Shown here: piece after piece, positions 38,541-49,194 of the stretch | Layout of the letters: each line of letters starts with the position of its first letter | How positions within the stretch are numbered: position 1 is the stretch's first letter | Source of the DNA: Nitrosopumilus sp. | GTDB taxonomy: Archaea; Thermoproteota; Nitrososphaeria; Nitrososphaerales; Nitrosopumilaceae | Reading direction: 5' to 3' | NCBI GenBank assembly: GCA_965218785.1 | Contig: OZ244650.1 | Coordinates: 1,824,001 to 1,888,000, forward strand | Length of the DNA stretch: 64,000 nucleotides | The notes under the pieces: model-generated | What the model saw: the letters and a program-made list of their open reading frames with translations, nothing else | Databases searched by the model: none | What the model was told of the DNA's origin: nothing | Program-made: the position numbers and the translations under genes

Positions 38541-40094
38541 TCAGAGACGAATGATTCCCGTCTGAGTTAAAAATTGGATTCCCTGGATGAATGTGTCATC
38601 ATCTGTTTGCCCGTCTGCCCACCAGCCTGCGTTGTTTTTGAGCCATGCTGGAACGTGCTGGGATTCCAGGGTGTGCGGCAGAGTCTGAGGAACCACGATG
38701 ATTTTGTTGTTGATGAAATATTTGATTACCTCGATGAATGTGTCATCATCTGTTTGCCCCTGTGACCACAACAATGCGCTGTTTCGAATCCAGTCAGGCA
38801 CCAGAATGTCATTATCGGGGGTTGTTACGCGGTTAATTACAACGGGAATGACCGATTTTGCAAAGATGTTATTGTCCAAATTTTCAAAATTAAGATGGAC
38901 TATTCCGGTAACATCATCAGGGATTGTGAATTCTGCAGTGTTGTGCTCGCCCTTGGAATCAGTACTAGTTCCACCCTGTTCAAATATGACTCTGTCATTT
39001 TGAGTTACTGAAAATTCATAGTCAGTGGAGACAAGTTTGTTCTTTAGGAAGATGTCAGTAACATCAAACAATACTTTTGCATTTAGGCCGGATTCTAGGT
39101 TTTCAGGCTCCCAGGATACAAGAATTCTAAACTGTCCATTATCGGTAACTGAACTCAAATGGGTATAATCACGGTCTGGTTTGATCATAATATTCATTCC
39201 ATTATGACTGGAGGCATTTTCTAAAACGTTGAACAGTTCCTTTTGATATATGATAAAATGAACTGTGCGTTCGTCGGCAGAAAAATCATCTATGTTGACG
39301 ATATCTTCAGATAACTTTACATCGTTGACATGCATTGTAAATCCTGATACCAGCAGATTACCGAATTTTTTTGGAATTACAAGCTCTTGATGAACTACCG
39401 AGGTTTGATTGATGTTAGTTTCAGTCCATTCAAACGGCATAAAATAGCTTATTTCCTTTGAATTTGAATCATAGTTAAAGCCTGAAATTTCATCATAGTA
39501 TGTGACTATATGCAGGAATTCTTCTCCAAAGCCCGGATCAATAAAATCATGTTTTGTTGTTTGGGCAATGGAAATTCCCACGTTATACACCAGTGGTTCT
39601 TTTAATTTTTTGGAATATTCATCAGCTGCAAGTATGCGGACATCAAATTTGTATAAACCTCCCTGACTCAGTTTTGGTCCCTTTACATGGACCATTCTGC
39701 TTTCCAATCCCAGCAGTGAGCCAAGAAAGTTGCCGCTGCCGTCTTCCTCAATTATAATGGAAGCAGTTTCCTCCGATACAAAATTAAAAACTATGAATCC
39801 GTTGTCTGCCTTGAATTCCTGTTCAAAAAGAAATTCATCGCCGCGCTCAGCCTTTATCAAGAAAGTCACGTCACGCAGCGTAATTTTGGAATCAAAGTCA
39901 ATAAATGAGATGGATATTTGTTGATCATCACCAGAATCGGGATTTTCTGTGGAGGATGAAACTTCCAAAGTTACGAGTCGTCCATCTAATTCTGTGGGAG
40001 GAAAGGTTTCACTTCCTACTCCGTGACCATATGCATAATCAAATGCAAGTACGGCCATAGATGAGAGTATTAGAACTGTAAGCAGGTTTTTCAA
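38541..40094 (-). CDS. Secreted surface protein (predicted mature N-terminus HGVG) with PxWxKNNA domains
   Basis: Likely TTG start 40094; AYG|HGVGSE; paralog of 40334 and 51273. Confidence 0.82.
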   Translation of the reverse strand: MKNLLTVLILSSMAVLAFDYAYGHGVGSETFPPTELDGRLVTLEVSSSTENPDSGDDQQISISFIDFDSKITLRDVTFLIKAERGDEFLFEQEFKADNGFIVFNFVSEETASIIIEEDGSGNFLGSLLGLESRMVHVKGPKLSQGGLYKFDVRILAADEYSKKLKEPLVYNVGISIAQTTKHDFIDPGFGEEFLHIVTYYDEISGFNYDSNSKEISYFMPFEWTETNINQTSVVHQELVIPKKFGNLLVSGFTMHVNDVKLSEDIVNIDDFSADERTVHFIIYQKELFNVLENASSHNGMNIMIKPDRDYTHLSSVTDNGQFRILVSWEPENLESGLNAKVLFDVTDIFLKNKLVSTDYEFSVTQNDRVIFEQGGTSTDSKGEHNTAEFTIPDDVTGIVHLNFENLDNNIFAKSVIPVVINRVTTPDNDILVPDWIRNSALLWSQGQTDDDTFIEVIKYFINNKIIVVPQTLPHTLESQHVPAWLKNNAGWWADGQTDDDTFIQGIQFLTQTGIIRL

Positions 40095-40095
40095 T

Positions 40096-40302
40096 CTAGG
40101 TCCACTTGTTGGGATCTTTTTTATGGATCTGTTTTCCGTCGATGGTAACCTGATCCTTTTCTTCAAAGATAGTATGCCATTTTCCGTTACTTGGAAAAAT
40201 CTTGTCCATTTCTTCAACTTTGTCATGAGTGGGTGATTTGTTCATCAGGGCCCCCCATTTCATATTTGGGATTTTAGGCAGGATATCATTGATGTCTCTC
40301 AT
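40096..40302 (-). CDS. Small hypothetical protein
   Basis: 68-aa ATG ORF ending 2 nt before the next start. Confidence 0.7.
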   Translation of the reverse strand: MRDINDILPKIPNMKWGALMNKSPTHDKVEEMDKIFPSNGKWHTIFEEKDQVTIDGKQIHKKDPNKWT

Positions 40303-40333
40303 ACAGTATCACATTATAGAATATATTTAAAAA

Positions 40334-42115
40334 CTACGATTGAATCCTTATGATTCCTTCCTCGATTAAAAATTGAATTCCTTGAATGAATGAATCATCA
40401 TCAAGTGTACCGTCTGCCCACCAGCCTGCATTGTTTTTGAGCCATGGTGGGATCTGAGTTGAACCGGCGGTGGTGCTGCTACTACTTGCACCTTGTGTGG
40501 TTGAAGGAATCTTTAGAATATCCTCCTCGATTAAAAATTGAATTCCTTGAATGAATGAATCATCATCAAGTGTACCGTCTGCCCACCAGCCTGCATTGTT
40601 TTTGAGCCATGGTGGGATCTGAGTTGATGGCTGGATTTGGGGCTCAACCGGCGTATTTTTTTGAAGACTGGGTTCAATCACAGTCGATGTATTTTTTTGA
40701 AGACTGGGTCCAATCTCGATAATTCCAGAACCTATTCCAGCATATTTTGGATTGTAATCCAGTCCCGTACCATATACTAGAACGTCAATTCTATATTGTC
40801 CATTAGATGGGATTTGAATTTTTTGAATGTCGATTCCTTCCGTAGAGATAATTCCGAGATTTTGAGGATCGTCTCCGATAAATCTTTCTAGTTCTTGATC
40901 ATTTTCATCGAAAAGTAAGATGCCATATCTGATATCGTTTATGAGATCTCTATTTTCATCAAAGAATGCTATATCAAAAGGTATGTCATCGCCTGCACCA
41001 TAATTTCCATCCCATGAAATCTTTACAGTTGTTGGGACTTTTTGATCATAGTTTGTGGGATCAACAAGCCAGAATTCAGTCGAGGTCTTTGATACCTCAT
41101 CAAGTGGAACCAGTCTCAAGTCCATCTGTCTGTTGTCATAGTTGTCAGGACCCAGAGTTTCGTTTATTCTCTGTAATTCATTTTTTGTAACTAGAAAGTG
41201 CACTATATTGAGATCATCATATGAGTAAGGATCATTTAGTAATGCTCTTTGTGTGATTTCTATACCGTTGACATATCCCTTGAATTGTTTGCCATCAGCG
41301 TAAGGCGTGAATGTTTTTGGAATTTGAACTTCTTCATGTACTAATTGTACCGTATCAATATAGTCAGGGCTCCAATCAAACGGCATGTCAAACGAGATTG
41401 CATTATTTGATTGATCAAATTTGAAATTATCAACATCATCATAGTATGTTTTTATGGTAACTGGAACTTCCTCGGCATTTGCTGTTTGGAGAAAAAAGTT
41501 TTGTTCTTGTGCAACGCTAATAAAGGTATCATAACTTAATTCTTCAGCAACTATGGTTCTTGGACTGGTGGCACCTAGAATATCAACCTGAATGTTATAC
41601 AGACCGCCCTTTGTAAATATTGGACCGGATATTGACGGTCTTGCGCAAATGTCCAGGTTATCTGCGGTACATGCCTGTCCTTGCACAAACAAAGCACCGG
41701 GTGCACTAACATGCTCAGAACCGCCATAAATTGTACATCTCCAAAGATCGCTTTCATCACATCCAAACTTTGGCTTGATTTGAACATCTAATGTTCCATC
41801 TAAATCATAAAACAGATTTCTAGCTAAAAGTTCACCGTTTTGGAAGACATCGATTTTGTATGTTACTTTGTCAAGATTTAGATCAGTTATCGTGTCAAAG
41901 AAACGTACTTGCATGTTGGCGGAGTTAACATCACCCACAGTAATATCAGAAGGATCCAGTTGTGTACGAACAGTTACGTTCATGTTACCAAATGTTATGG
42001 GTTCTGCTTGATCCCCACCAATTCCATGTCCAAACGCATTTGGGAGGAGGATGGCCGGTACTGAAAAAATACCAATAATGACAATAAATAATGCAATCTT
42101 TTGGTGCAATAACAC
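40334..42115 (-). CDS. Secreted surface protein (predicted mature N-terminus HGIG) with two identical [11 protein letters not shown] domains
   Basis: AFG|HGIGGD; TYYD..F....[13 protein letters not shown] core. Confidence 0.85.
   Translation of the reverse strand: MLLHQKIALFIVIIGIFSVPAILLPNAFGHGIGGDQAEPITFGNMNVTVRTQLDPSDITVGDVNSANMQVRFFDTITDLNLDKVTYKIDVFQNGELLARNLFYDLDGTLDVQIKPKFGCDESDLWRCTIYGGSEHVSAPGALFVQGQACTADNLDICARPSISGPIFTKGGLYNIQVDILGATSPRTIVAEELSYDTFISVAQEQNFFLQTANAEEVPVTIKTYYDDVDNFKFDQSNNAISFDMPFDWSPDYIDTVQLVHEEVQIPKTFTPYADGKQFKGYVNGIEITQRALLNDPYSYDDLNIVHFLVTKNELQRINETLGPDNYDNRQMDLRLVPLDEVSKTSTEFWLVDPTNYDQKVPTTVKISWDGNYGAGDDIPFDIAFFDENRDLINDIRYGILLFDENDQELERFIGDDPQNLGIISTEGIDIQKIQIPSNGQYRIDVLVYGTGLDYNPKYAGIGSGIIEIGPSLQKNTSTVIEPSLQKNTPVEPQIQPSTQIPPWLKNNAGWWADGTLDDDSFIQGIQFLIEEDILKIPSTTQGASSSSTTAGSTQIPPWLKNNAGWWADGTLDDDSFIQGIQFLIEEGIIRIQS
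40359..40627. repeat. Exact 104-bp direct repeat (40359-40462 and 40524-40627)
   Basis: Base-by-base identical; encodes [34 protein letters not shown]. Confidence 0.92.
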
Positions 42116-42220
42116 AATTATGTTAATTCCATATTTAAAGCTGACATAAAATTCCCATGCGTAAGATTTTTTTAGAAAGCAGAGTACGATTTTTATTTAT
42201 GACATATTGGGAATAATAGT

Positions 42221-43027
42221 ATGAAGTTTTTGTTTGTACTATTACTTGTGCCATTTTTAATAATTCCAGCATATGGCGAATCTCAGACTTTGCCAACTGA
42301 GAAAGGCATCCTGGATGTAAGACTAACTCATGATCCAATTGAACCAGACGTTCAATCCAAAATAAATATTGATTTTATTAATCCCCAAACTCAGAAAATA
42401 CAAGAACATATTGATTATACAATAGCGATTTTCAAAGACGAGAAAGTTGTTTTTGGTCCGATTCCGCTGCGACATACATCAACGGGTACTTTGAAAATTC
42501 CAATCGAGTTTAATCTCGGTAATGGGGTGTATTCCATGGACTTGGGAGTTGAGGGAATTTTATTCCAACCAATTTCAACAGAAACAGTTTCTTTTGATAT
42601 TTCAGTAGGCCAGGCAAATGATACTAACGGACCTGTTGACCCCATACAAAGTGATGATTGTTTGATTGCAACGGCAGCATACGGCACAGAACTGGCACCA
42701 CAAGTTCAATTCCTCAGAGAAATTAGAGATAACACCCTGATGAGTACTGTATCTGGCGCATCATTTATGACGGGATTTAACGCAGCATACTATTCATTTG
42801 CACCAACAGTTGCACAGTGGGAAAGAGATAATCCAACGTTCCAAAAAGTGGTTAAAGCATTTATCACTCCGATGATTTCAACGTTGTCTATTATGGCACT
42901 GGCCGAGGAGGGTTCAGAAGCTGAAGTTATAGGACTTGGAATTTCCGTAATTGCACTAAACTTGGGAATGTATGTTGGAATTCCTGCGTTTGGAATTCTA
43001 AAGTTGTACCAGTTTAGAAAAAACTAG
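42221..43027 (+). CDS. Secreted protein with CFI-box-CTERM domain
   Basis: Signal peptide; QEHIDY; CLIATAAYGTELAPQVQFLREIRD; C-terminal TM. Confidence 0.85.
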   Translation: MKFLFVLLLVPFLIIPAYGESQTLPTEKGILDVRLTHDPIEPDVQSKINIDFINPQTQKIQEHIDYTIAIFKDEKVVFGPIPLRHTSTGTLKIPIEFNLGNGVYSMDLGVEGILFQPISTETVSFDISVGQANDTNGPVDPIQSDDCLIATAAYGTELAPQVQFLREIRDNTLMSTVSGASFMTGFNAAYYSFAPTVAQWERDNPTFQKVVKAFITPMISTLSIMALAEEGSEAEVIGLGISVIALNLGMYVGIPAFGILKLYQFRKN

Positions 43028-44050
43028 TTCTGGAATTACTAGTGAGGTTTTTATGTATCCTCACAAGTAATTTGTTTAATGAATATACTGGCTTGCTCTT
43101 TCTTCGTAGTATTTGCCATCATATCTGGAATAGTTGCAACAACGCCAGCTGCCTTTGCAGATCATACAGAAGTTACAGTTGAACCGATTGCAGATTCTTC
43201 GGAACTAGGCTCATGTGGAGGAGACACCGGAGTAGAATGTTTGGTTCCAGATACTGCGACAGTCGATGTTGGTGGAAAGGTAATTTTCTCAAATACGAGT
43301 CCTGCAAAACACGCATTCGTATCTGGTTCAATTACAGATGATACGGTGGGTCTTGTATTCAAAACTGGATTGTTAAAGAGTGGCGAATCATATTCATGGA
43401 CTGCAGACACTGTTGGTGAGCATCCATACTTTTGTTATCTTCATCCCTGGGAAGATGGTACGATTATAGTACAAGAAAAAGAGGAGAAAATGCAAGATGA
43501 TGTTGTTGATGATGATGCTGTCAACGGATGTCTAATTGCAACTGCTACATATGGCTCAGAACTTGCACCACAAGTCCAACAATTAAGGGAACTCAGAGAT
43601 AATACTATTTTGTCAACAGAATCTGGAACCTCGTTTATGACGGGATTTAACCAGTTCTACTATTCATTTTCTCCGGCAGTGGCTGACTTGGAAAGAGAAT
43701 CACCTGTTTTTAAACAAGTTGTAAAACTAGCACTAACTCCAATGTTATCATCACTGTCTTTACTGAATCACATCGAGATTGATTCAGAAGAGGAGATGTT
43801 AGGATACGGAATCTCCCTAATTCTGTTAAATATTGGAATGTATATTGGGATTCCTGTGTTTGGAATTCTAAAGTTGTACCAGTTTAGAAGAAACTAGTTC
43901 TAAAGTTACTAGTGAGGTTTTTATGGATCCCCACAGGTAATTTGTCTAATGAAGACTCAAGCAATATGCTCTTTCTTCGTACTATTTGCTATCGTAGCTG
44001 GAATAGTTGCAACAACACCAGCTGCCTTTGCAGATCATTCAGAAGTTACA
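42981..44050 (+). repeat. Diverged tandem duplication, ~870-bp period; best-conserved part ~42981-43177 vs ~43851-44050
   Basis: Near-identical gene end TTTGGAATTCTAAAGTTGTACCAGTTTAGAA, intergenic region and signal-peptide DNA in both copies. Confidence 0.88.
43079..43897 (+). CDS. Cupredoxin (plastocyanin-like) with CFI-box-CTERM; axial Met replaced by Glu
   Basis: AFA|DH; KHAF...YFCYLHPWEDG; GCLIATATYGSELAP. Confidence 0.88.
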   Translation: MNILACSFFVVFAIISGIVATTPAAFADHTEVTVEPIADSSELGSCGGDTGVECLVPDTATVDVGGKVIFSNTSPAKHAFVSGSITDDTVGLVFKTGLLKSGESYSWTADTVGEHPYFCYLHPWEDGTIIVQEKEEKMQDDVVDDDAVNGCLIATATYGSELAPQVQQLRELRDNTILSTESGTSFMTGFNQFYYSFSPAVADLERESPVFKQVVKLALTPMLSSLSLLNHIEIDSEEEMLGYGISLILLNIGMYIGIPVFGILKLYQFRRN

Positions 44051-44848
44051 ATCACGACAGGACCAGTGCCACTGGGTTATCCTCTATGTGAGGAAACAAA
44101 CGAGTGCTATACCCCAGGTAATGCAACAGTTGATGTCGGTGGGAAAGTAATAATGACAAACATCGATGCTACCAAACAACTACATACATTCTCATCCGGT
44201 ACTGTTGAGGGTTATACTGGCACTCTAGATGGCAAATTTGATTCTGGCCTACTAACTGAAGATCAGTCATTTGAATGGATAGCAGGTGCAGAAGGTGAAT
44301 ATCCTTACTACTGTACGATACATACTTGGATGCAGGGAATGATCATAGTACAAGAAGCAGAAGCTCAAGAACAACAACAAGCCGTAAGCGGAGGTATGGT
44401 TGATGATAATCCTGATCTAATGATGGATGAGAACCCAAGCGCAACTGGCATGTTATCAGATGGTACGATGGTTTCAATTTGGACCACTAAACCAACAGCA
44501 GGAGAAGTAATGGAAATTTCCATCGAATTCGCAAATGCAGAACATGTTAATCATGACATTAGGGTAACACAAAATGGCAATGAAGTAATGTATGACACAG
44601 ATGCACACAACCACGATGGTAATGGCAAACACACAACAGGACCACTTGGTTCCTCTGATCCAGTAGATGTCACTGTTACCTTCCAAGGTTATGGCGTCAA
44701 TGATCCTAAAACAGGACCGATTGGCGAACAGGTTGCATTCACAAACGTTGTCCCAGAATTTGGTACAATCGCAATGATGATACTAGCTGTTGCAATCATT
44801 AGCACCATAGCAATAACTGCAAAATCCAGAGTTATTCCAAGACTTTAG
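43949..44848 (+). CDS. Blue type-1 copper protein with His-rich second domain and PEFG-CTERM
   Basis: LHTF...YYCTIHTWMQG; EHVNHD, HNHDG; VPEFG + TM. Confidence 0.92.
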   Translation: MKTQAICSFFVLFAIVAGIVATTPAAFADHSEVTITTGPVPLGYPLCEETNECYTPGNATVDVGGKVIMTNIDATKQLHTFSSGTVEGYTGTLDGKFDSGLLTEDQSFEWIAGAEGEYPYYCTIHTWMQGMIIVQEAEAQEQQQAVSGGMVDDNPDLMMDENPSATGMLSDGTMVSIWTTKPTAGEVMEISIEFANAEHVNHDIRVTQNGNEVMYDTDAHNHDGNGKHTTGPLGSSDPVDVTVTFQGYGVNDPKTGPIGEQVAFTNVVPEFGTIAMMILAVAIISTIAITAKSRVIPRL

Positions 44849-44861
44849 GAATTCCTCTTTT

Positions 44862-45503
44862 CTATTTTCTTTTTATTAGAGAAATTATTGCCAAGATAAT
44901 AGCTGCTGCGGCAATTGATAATCCAAATATTGCATAGTCATAAGCAGCCCCACCATTTGAAACAGGAGAAGCCGTCTCACCCGAAGTTAGTTTAGAAACA
45001 TCTTGTTGTAGTGATGAAATAGCATTCTTTAGAGCAGATATGTCTGCAGTTCCATCATTGCTGCCCGGTGGAAAATCCAATACTGCAGTAGGCTCTACAT
45101 CTTCTACAGGTATTTTTATATCAATTGGCGTACCTTCAAGCTGGCCTTTTAGTTCTATCATGTATGTCCCAGTCTTGGTAGGAATTATCGGCGAAAAATA
45201 GTATCCAGGTCGGGGATCTGAATTTATATCAATTTTTTTAGTCGCACCGCCAAATATTATGACTGCTTCAACATCTTTGAAGACGCCGGTAATGCCCGTG
45301 TATGTGCCCTCAGTTTCCCCACGTTCGACGACCTTGAGAGCAATATCATTTCGTATTCCCACAACAGGCGGTTCAATTCCCCATCCCGCCTCAATATCAT
45401 ACTGTTCAACATGGACTGTTGTATGGGCAAATGATGGTGCGATCATACCTACTGAAAATAATAGGACAATAAAGCCGAAAACTGTTATCTTCACTGCTAT
45501 CAT
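44862..45503 (-). CDS. Membrane-anchored secreted protein with predicted His1
   Basis: Likely start MIAVKI; SFA|HTTVH..GWGIEPP; C-terminal TM + KRK. Confidence 0.8.
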   Translation of the reverse strand: MIAVKITVFGFIVLLFSVGMIAPSFAHTTVHVEQYDIEAGWGIEPPVVGIRNDIALKVVERGETEGTYTGITGVFKDVEAVIIFGGATKKIDINSDPRPGYYFSPIIPTKTGTYMIELKGQLEGTPIDIKIPVEDVEPTAVLDFPPGSNDGTADISALKNAISSLQQDVSKLTSGETASPVSNGGAAYDYAIFGLSIAAAAIILAIISLIKRK

Positions 45504-45597
45504 TTCATTATAACACGTTATTATCTTTACGTGGATTGGTACAAAGCCCGAATTCATGAAGACTGTTTAAATTATCTTAGAATGATCTGAAGATTAA

Positions 45598-48384
45598 ATG
45601 CAGAAGAGTCTGATGGTGTTATTTATAATATCATTCATATCAGTTCCATTTGCGGCAGCACACCCCTATACAGAGGAGACCATTCCCAGTTTGACGTCTA
45701 ATTCACCTGCCGGGACTACAAAAGTAATTGTGTTTTTTTCAGAAGCCGTTGATATAGACTTTAGCAAAATCAATGTGTTTGATGCTAGTGGAAATCAAAT
45801 TGACAACAAGGATACCAGTTACTATGAGGGGGAACTATCCCTTATCGTTACAACCCCCCCGCTAGAGGACGGAATTTATACGGCATCAATCAAGGTTCTC
45901 TCCAAGGTTGACGGACACCTTGTTCCAGACGCATTCCTGTTTGCAGTAGGGGACGTTGTAATTCATCCTTCATTGTTTGAAATAGAAAGATCATCCGAAC
46001 TCGTGTTTTTGCCTGAAGCAGGGGCCAGATTTCCGGGACTTGTCGGTCAGACAATTCTCCTAGGTGCGGTAATTGCATCGCTTATAATTTGGGGGACGCA
46101 AAACAAACAGCTAATCAGGGAGGAATTAGACAAGATAGAAAGCTTCCATCACGGAAAATTCATGTCAGTTACAGGAGTAGGACTGATGCTGGTATTCATT
46201 TCAGATATTCTAATGATTGCAGTCCAGACAATCAGGTTGGAGACCTCGCCGATTGAGGCAGTTCAAACCCATTTCGGTACGATTTGGCTTGCAAGAATGA
46301 TCATTACAATAATTTTGCTTGGAATCTGGTTTGGAATGGACAGAAAAAAACTACTATCAAGGAAAAATCAAATTCCAATGCTGGTATTATCACTGGTATT
46401 AATTGCAACTACAAGCATGATCGGACACGGCGCAGCAAGCGAACAAGTTCCCGCACTGGCATTGGATTACATACATAATTTGGTTGCAGCAGTCTGGATA
46501 GGTGGCATCTTTTATTTTGTTTTTACACTGCTTCCAACATTCTCCCAGCTAAAAGAGGCAAATCGGGAAAAGATGAGTCTGGTGTCAATTCCAAGATTCT
46601 CAATAGCATTTACCATCTCAGTGGGAATCGTAATAATTACAGGACCAACCCTGATGTGGTTTCTGGAGAGTGACGTGGAACTAATTACACAGTCAGTATA
46701 TGGGCAGTTAATTATTCTTAAAATTGCAATTGCGGCAGCCATGGTTGCGTTGGGGGGGTTTTTCCAGTTCAAAGTTCAGAAAAACGCCGAAAAGTGTTTT
46801 TCATCCGGAAAAATTTCGGTTCATAAAAAACTAAAGCGGTCCCTCAGAGTGGATGCGGCGCTGGGAATTGTTCTTCTTGGTATAGTGGCATTACTTACAA
46901 ATGGAACGCTGCCGGCAGGTGAAATTCAAAAGGTTGATGCCCAGGAGACAGTTTATGGTTTTAAGACTGTAGAATTTACAGAAAATATAAAATTTGACAT
47001 AGATATTTCGCCGTTTTCTAGTGGAACAAACACAATCCTAGTCAAGGTGGGCAACTTTGAAGGGGGTCCTCTCTACGACTCGGACCGGATTAAAGTAAAG
47101 ATGTCAAATCCCTCAAAAAACATTTCACCCATTGAAGTTCCAATGGAAGTAGTCGTGCAAAAGGAAGAAGAAAAGCCAGTTGAATTCCGGGGTGAATTAA
47201 CATTTGGATTTTCAGGGGAATGGCTGGTAGAAATTGAAGCCCAGAGAACAGAGAATGCAAATGAATCAAAGATTCTAAACCTGCTTGTAAAACCAAGATT
47301 AAATGACATTCAGACCCAGATTACAGAGTACGAATTCCCAGAAAAGGCAAAACCTCTTTTTCCAATATATGATGGAGTAGGTTCCATTTGGACAAGTGAT
47401 GCATCTGCACCACGGTTATGGCAGTTTTCACTAGAAACGCAGGAATTTACTTCATATTCGTTTGACGGGACTGCCACATTATTTCTAACACAGGACAATA
47501 AAGGACGCATCTGGTTTACTGACACCGGGAAAAATCAAATCGGATTTATCGATATTGAAAGTAAGGAAATTACATTAAAAACAATTCCAAAATTTGATCC
47601 GATGACAAGTGAAAATGTTCCAATATTTATTCAGGCAGACGATGATGGAAATATCTGGGTTACAATAACCAACAAAAATAGAATTGTAAAATATCTTCCG
47701 GAACTCGACGAGTTTGAGGAATTTGTATTGCAGGATAAGGAATCAGTGCCGTTTGCATTAGCCATTGACGGGGAGGGCAGGATTTGGTATACAGCTACTG
47801 GCACAGGCAAGATAGGATTCATTGATCCCCGGGAAAACAAGATAACAGAGATTTTGAGTGAAACCATTCTAAAGAGTCCTGAAGCCCTGCTTTTTGATGA
47901 TGATGGGAATTTATGGATTGCAGAACACGCCGGCCTGGCAATTACCAGATACAACCCGGTTTTGGAGATATTTGAGAGAATTTTCGTGCCTGATAATGCC
48001 GCATTGCCGTTTGGAATGACATTTGACAGGTATGGAAATATCTGGTTTGCACAGCATGAGGTAGATAATCTCGGAGTTTATGATCCGGATAATAACAGCC
48101 TGATTGAAGTGCCAATTCCATCTGAAGCATCAAAGATTCAGTTTGTGACATCAGATGGTGATGACAATGTTTGGTTCGTCGAACAAAATACAAACAAAAT
48201 CGGAACGGTAAGGATGACGGAGATCCCCGTCAATACTTTGCAGATTCAGCCCTCAAATGACCATAAGATAAAATACACCGAGCTTGCCTCACCGCTTATC
48301 GCATTAGGAATCATCTTCACATCGTTGTTTTATGTCAAAAGCATACATGACAAAAGAAGATTAAACTCGCTGATTAATTCTTAG
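45598..48384 (+). CDS. CopC-CopD fusion with Ig-like domain and Vgb-like beta-propeller
   Basis: AAA|HP, FSEAV, VLSKVDGH (CopC); GHGAA, HNL...WIGG, RFS (CopD); DG.IW repeats. Confidence 0.9.
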   Translation: MQKSLMVLFIISFISVPFAAAHPYTEETIPSLTSNSPAGTTKVIVFFSEAVDIDFSKINVFDASGNQIDNKDTSYYEGELSLIVTTPPLEDGIYTASIKVLSKVDGHLVPDAFLFAVGDVVIHPSLFEIERSSELVFLPEAGARFPGLVGQTILLGAVIASLIIWGTQNKQLIREELDKIESFHHGKFMSVTGVGLMLVFISDILMIAVQTIRLETSPIEAVQTHFGTIWLARMIITIILLGIWFGMDRKKLLSRKNQIPMLVLSLVLIATTSMIGHGAASEQVPALALDYIHNLVAAVWIGGIFYFVFTLLPTFSQLKEANREKMSLVSIPRFSIAFTISVGIVIITGPTLMWFLESDVELITQSVYGQLIILKIAIAAAMVALGGFFQFKVQKNAEKCFSSGKISVHKKLKRSLRVDAALGIVLLGIVALLTNGTLPAGEIQKVDAQETVYGFKTVEFTENIKFDIDISPFSSGTNTILVKVGNFEGGPLYDSDRIKVKMSNPSKNISPIEVPMEVVVQKEEEKPVEFRGELTFGFSGEWLVEIEAQRTENANESKILNLLVKPRLNDIQTQITEYEFPEKAKPLFPIYDGVGSIWTSDASAPRLWQFSLETQEFTSYSFDGTATLFLTQDNKGRIWFTDTGKNQIGFIDIESKEITLKTIPKFDPMTSENVPIFIQADDDGNIWVTITNKNRIVKYLPELDEFEEFVLQDKESVPFALAIDGEGRIWYTATGTGKIGFIDPRENKITEILSETILKSPEALLFDDDGNLWIAEHAGLAITRYNPVLEIFERIFVPDNAALPFGMTFDRYGNIWFAQHEVDNLGVYDPDNNSLIEVPIPSEASKIQFVTSDGDDNVWFVEQNTNKIGTVRMTEIPVNTLQIQPSNDHKIKYTELASPLIALGIIFTSLFYVKSIHDKRRLNSLINS

Positions 48385-49192
48385 ATAGCAGTCCGGCGGA
48401 TTTTATTCCCATTGTTCCTGCAAGTAATCCAATTGACAGTAAAACAATGGTTCCCGCAGGAGTTATGTCAAATACGTAGGAGATCAGAATTCCTGCGACG
48501 ACAGAAAAGACAGAAAAGCTCATGGAGATAATTACAGTATGTTTGAAACCCTTTCCATACATTATTGCCGAGACGTTGGGAATCACAAACAGTGCTGAAA
48601 TCAACAAAACACCGACAAGCTGGATTGAAGTAACAACGGTAAGCCCTGCCATAAACACGATCAAGTAATTTATTTTCTCCACTGGAATTCCACTGACTTT
48701 GGCCTGTTCCTCGTTGAATGTTGAATATAGAATCTGTCTAAACAGCAGTAAAATTACAATTAGGATTGCACCTGTCAATGATAGAATCATGACCGTATCA
48801 TCTGCGCTGACAAGAAGAATACTTCCAAACAGAAAGCTAAAGATATCAATTGTAAAACCGCCGGATAATCCAATAACTACAAGCCCAACGGCTATGCCTG
48901 ATGATAAAAGAACCGCAATTGCAGCATCACCAGATATGTTGAATCTGTCCTTAATTCTTGTAATTATTAACGCACTGATTATTGAAACGGCATACGCAGT
49001 CCACAGTGGATAAACACCGATAAGCAGACCCAACGCGATGCCGCCAAATGATGAATGGGCAATCGCATCACCAAATAATGAATAGCGCCTCAAAACCAGG
49101 AACAACCCGACGACTGAGCAGAGAATCGCAATGGCAGCCCCGGAGATTAATGCCCGATGCATAAAGCTGTAACTTAGGATTTCCAAGGACAT
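48374..49192 (-). CDS. Zn/Mn ABC transporter permease (ZnuB-like)
   Basis: LRRYSLFGDAIAH, FLFGSIL, VGVLLISAL. Confidence 0.92.
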   Translation of the reverse strand: MSLEILSYSFMHRALISGAAIAILCSVVGLFLVLRRYSLFGDAIAHSSFGGIALGLLIGVYPLWTAYAVSIISALIITRIKDRFNISGDAAIAVLLSSGIAVGLVVIGLSGGFTIDIFSFLFGSILLVSADDTVMILSLTGAILIVILLLFRQILYSTFNEEQAKVSGIPVEKINYLIVFMAGLTVVTSIQLVGVLLISALFVIPNVSAIMYGKGFKHTVIISMSFSVFSVVAGILISYVFDITPAGTIVLLSIGLLAGTMGIKSAGLLSKN

Positions 49193-49194
49193 GA

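Noticed and set aside
47300-48220. Streptogramin resistance (Vgb lyase)
   Set aside because: Only a Vgb-like propeller fused to CopCD; no support for resistance
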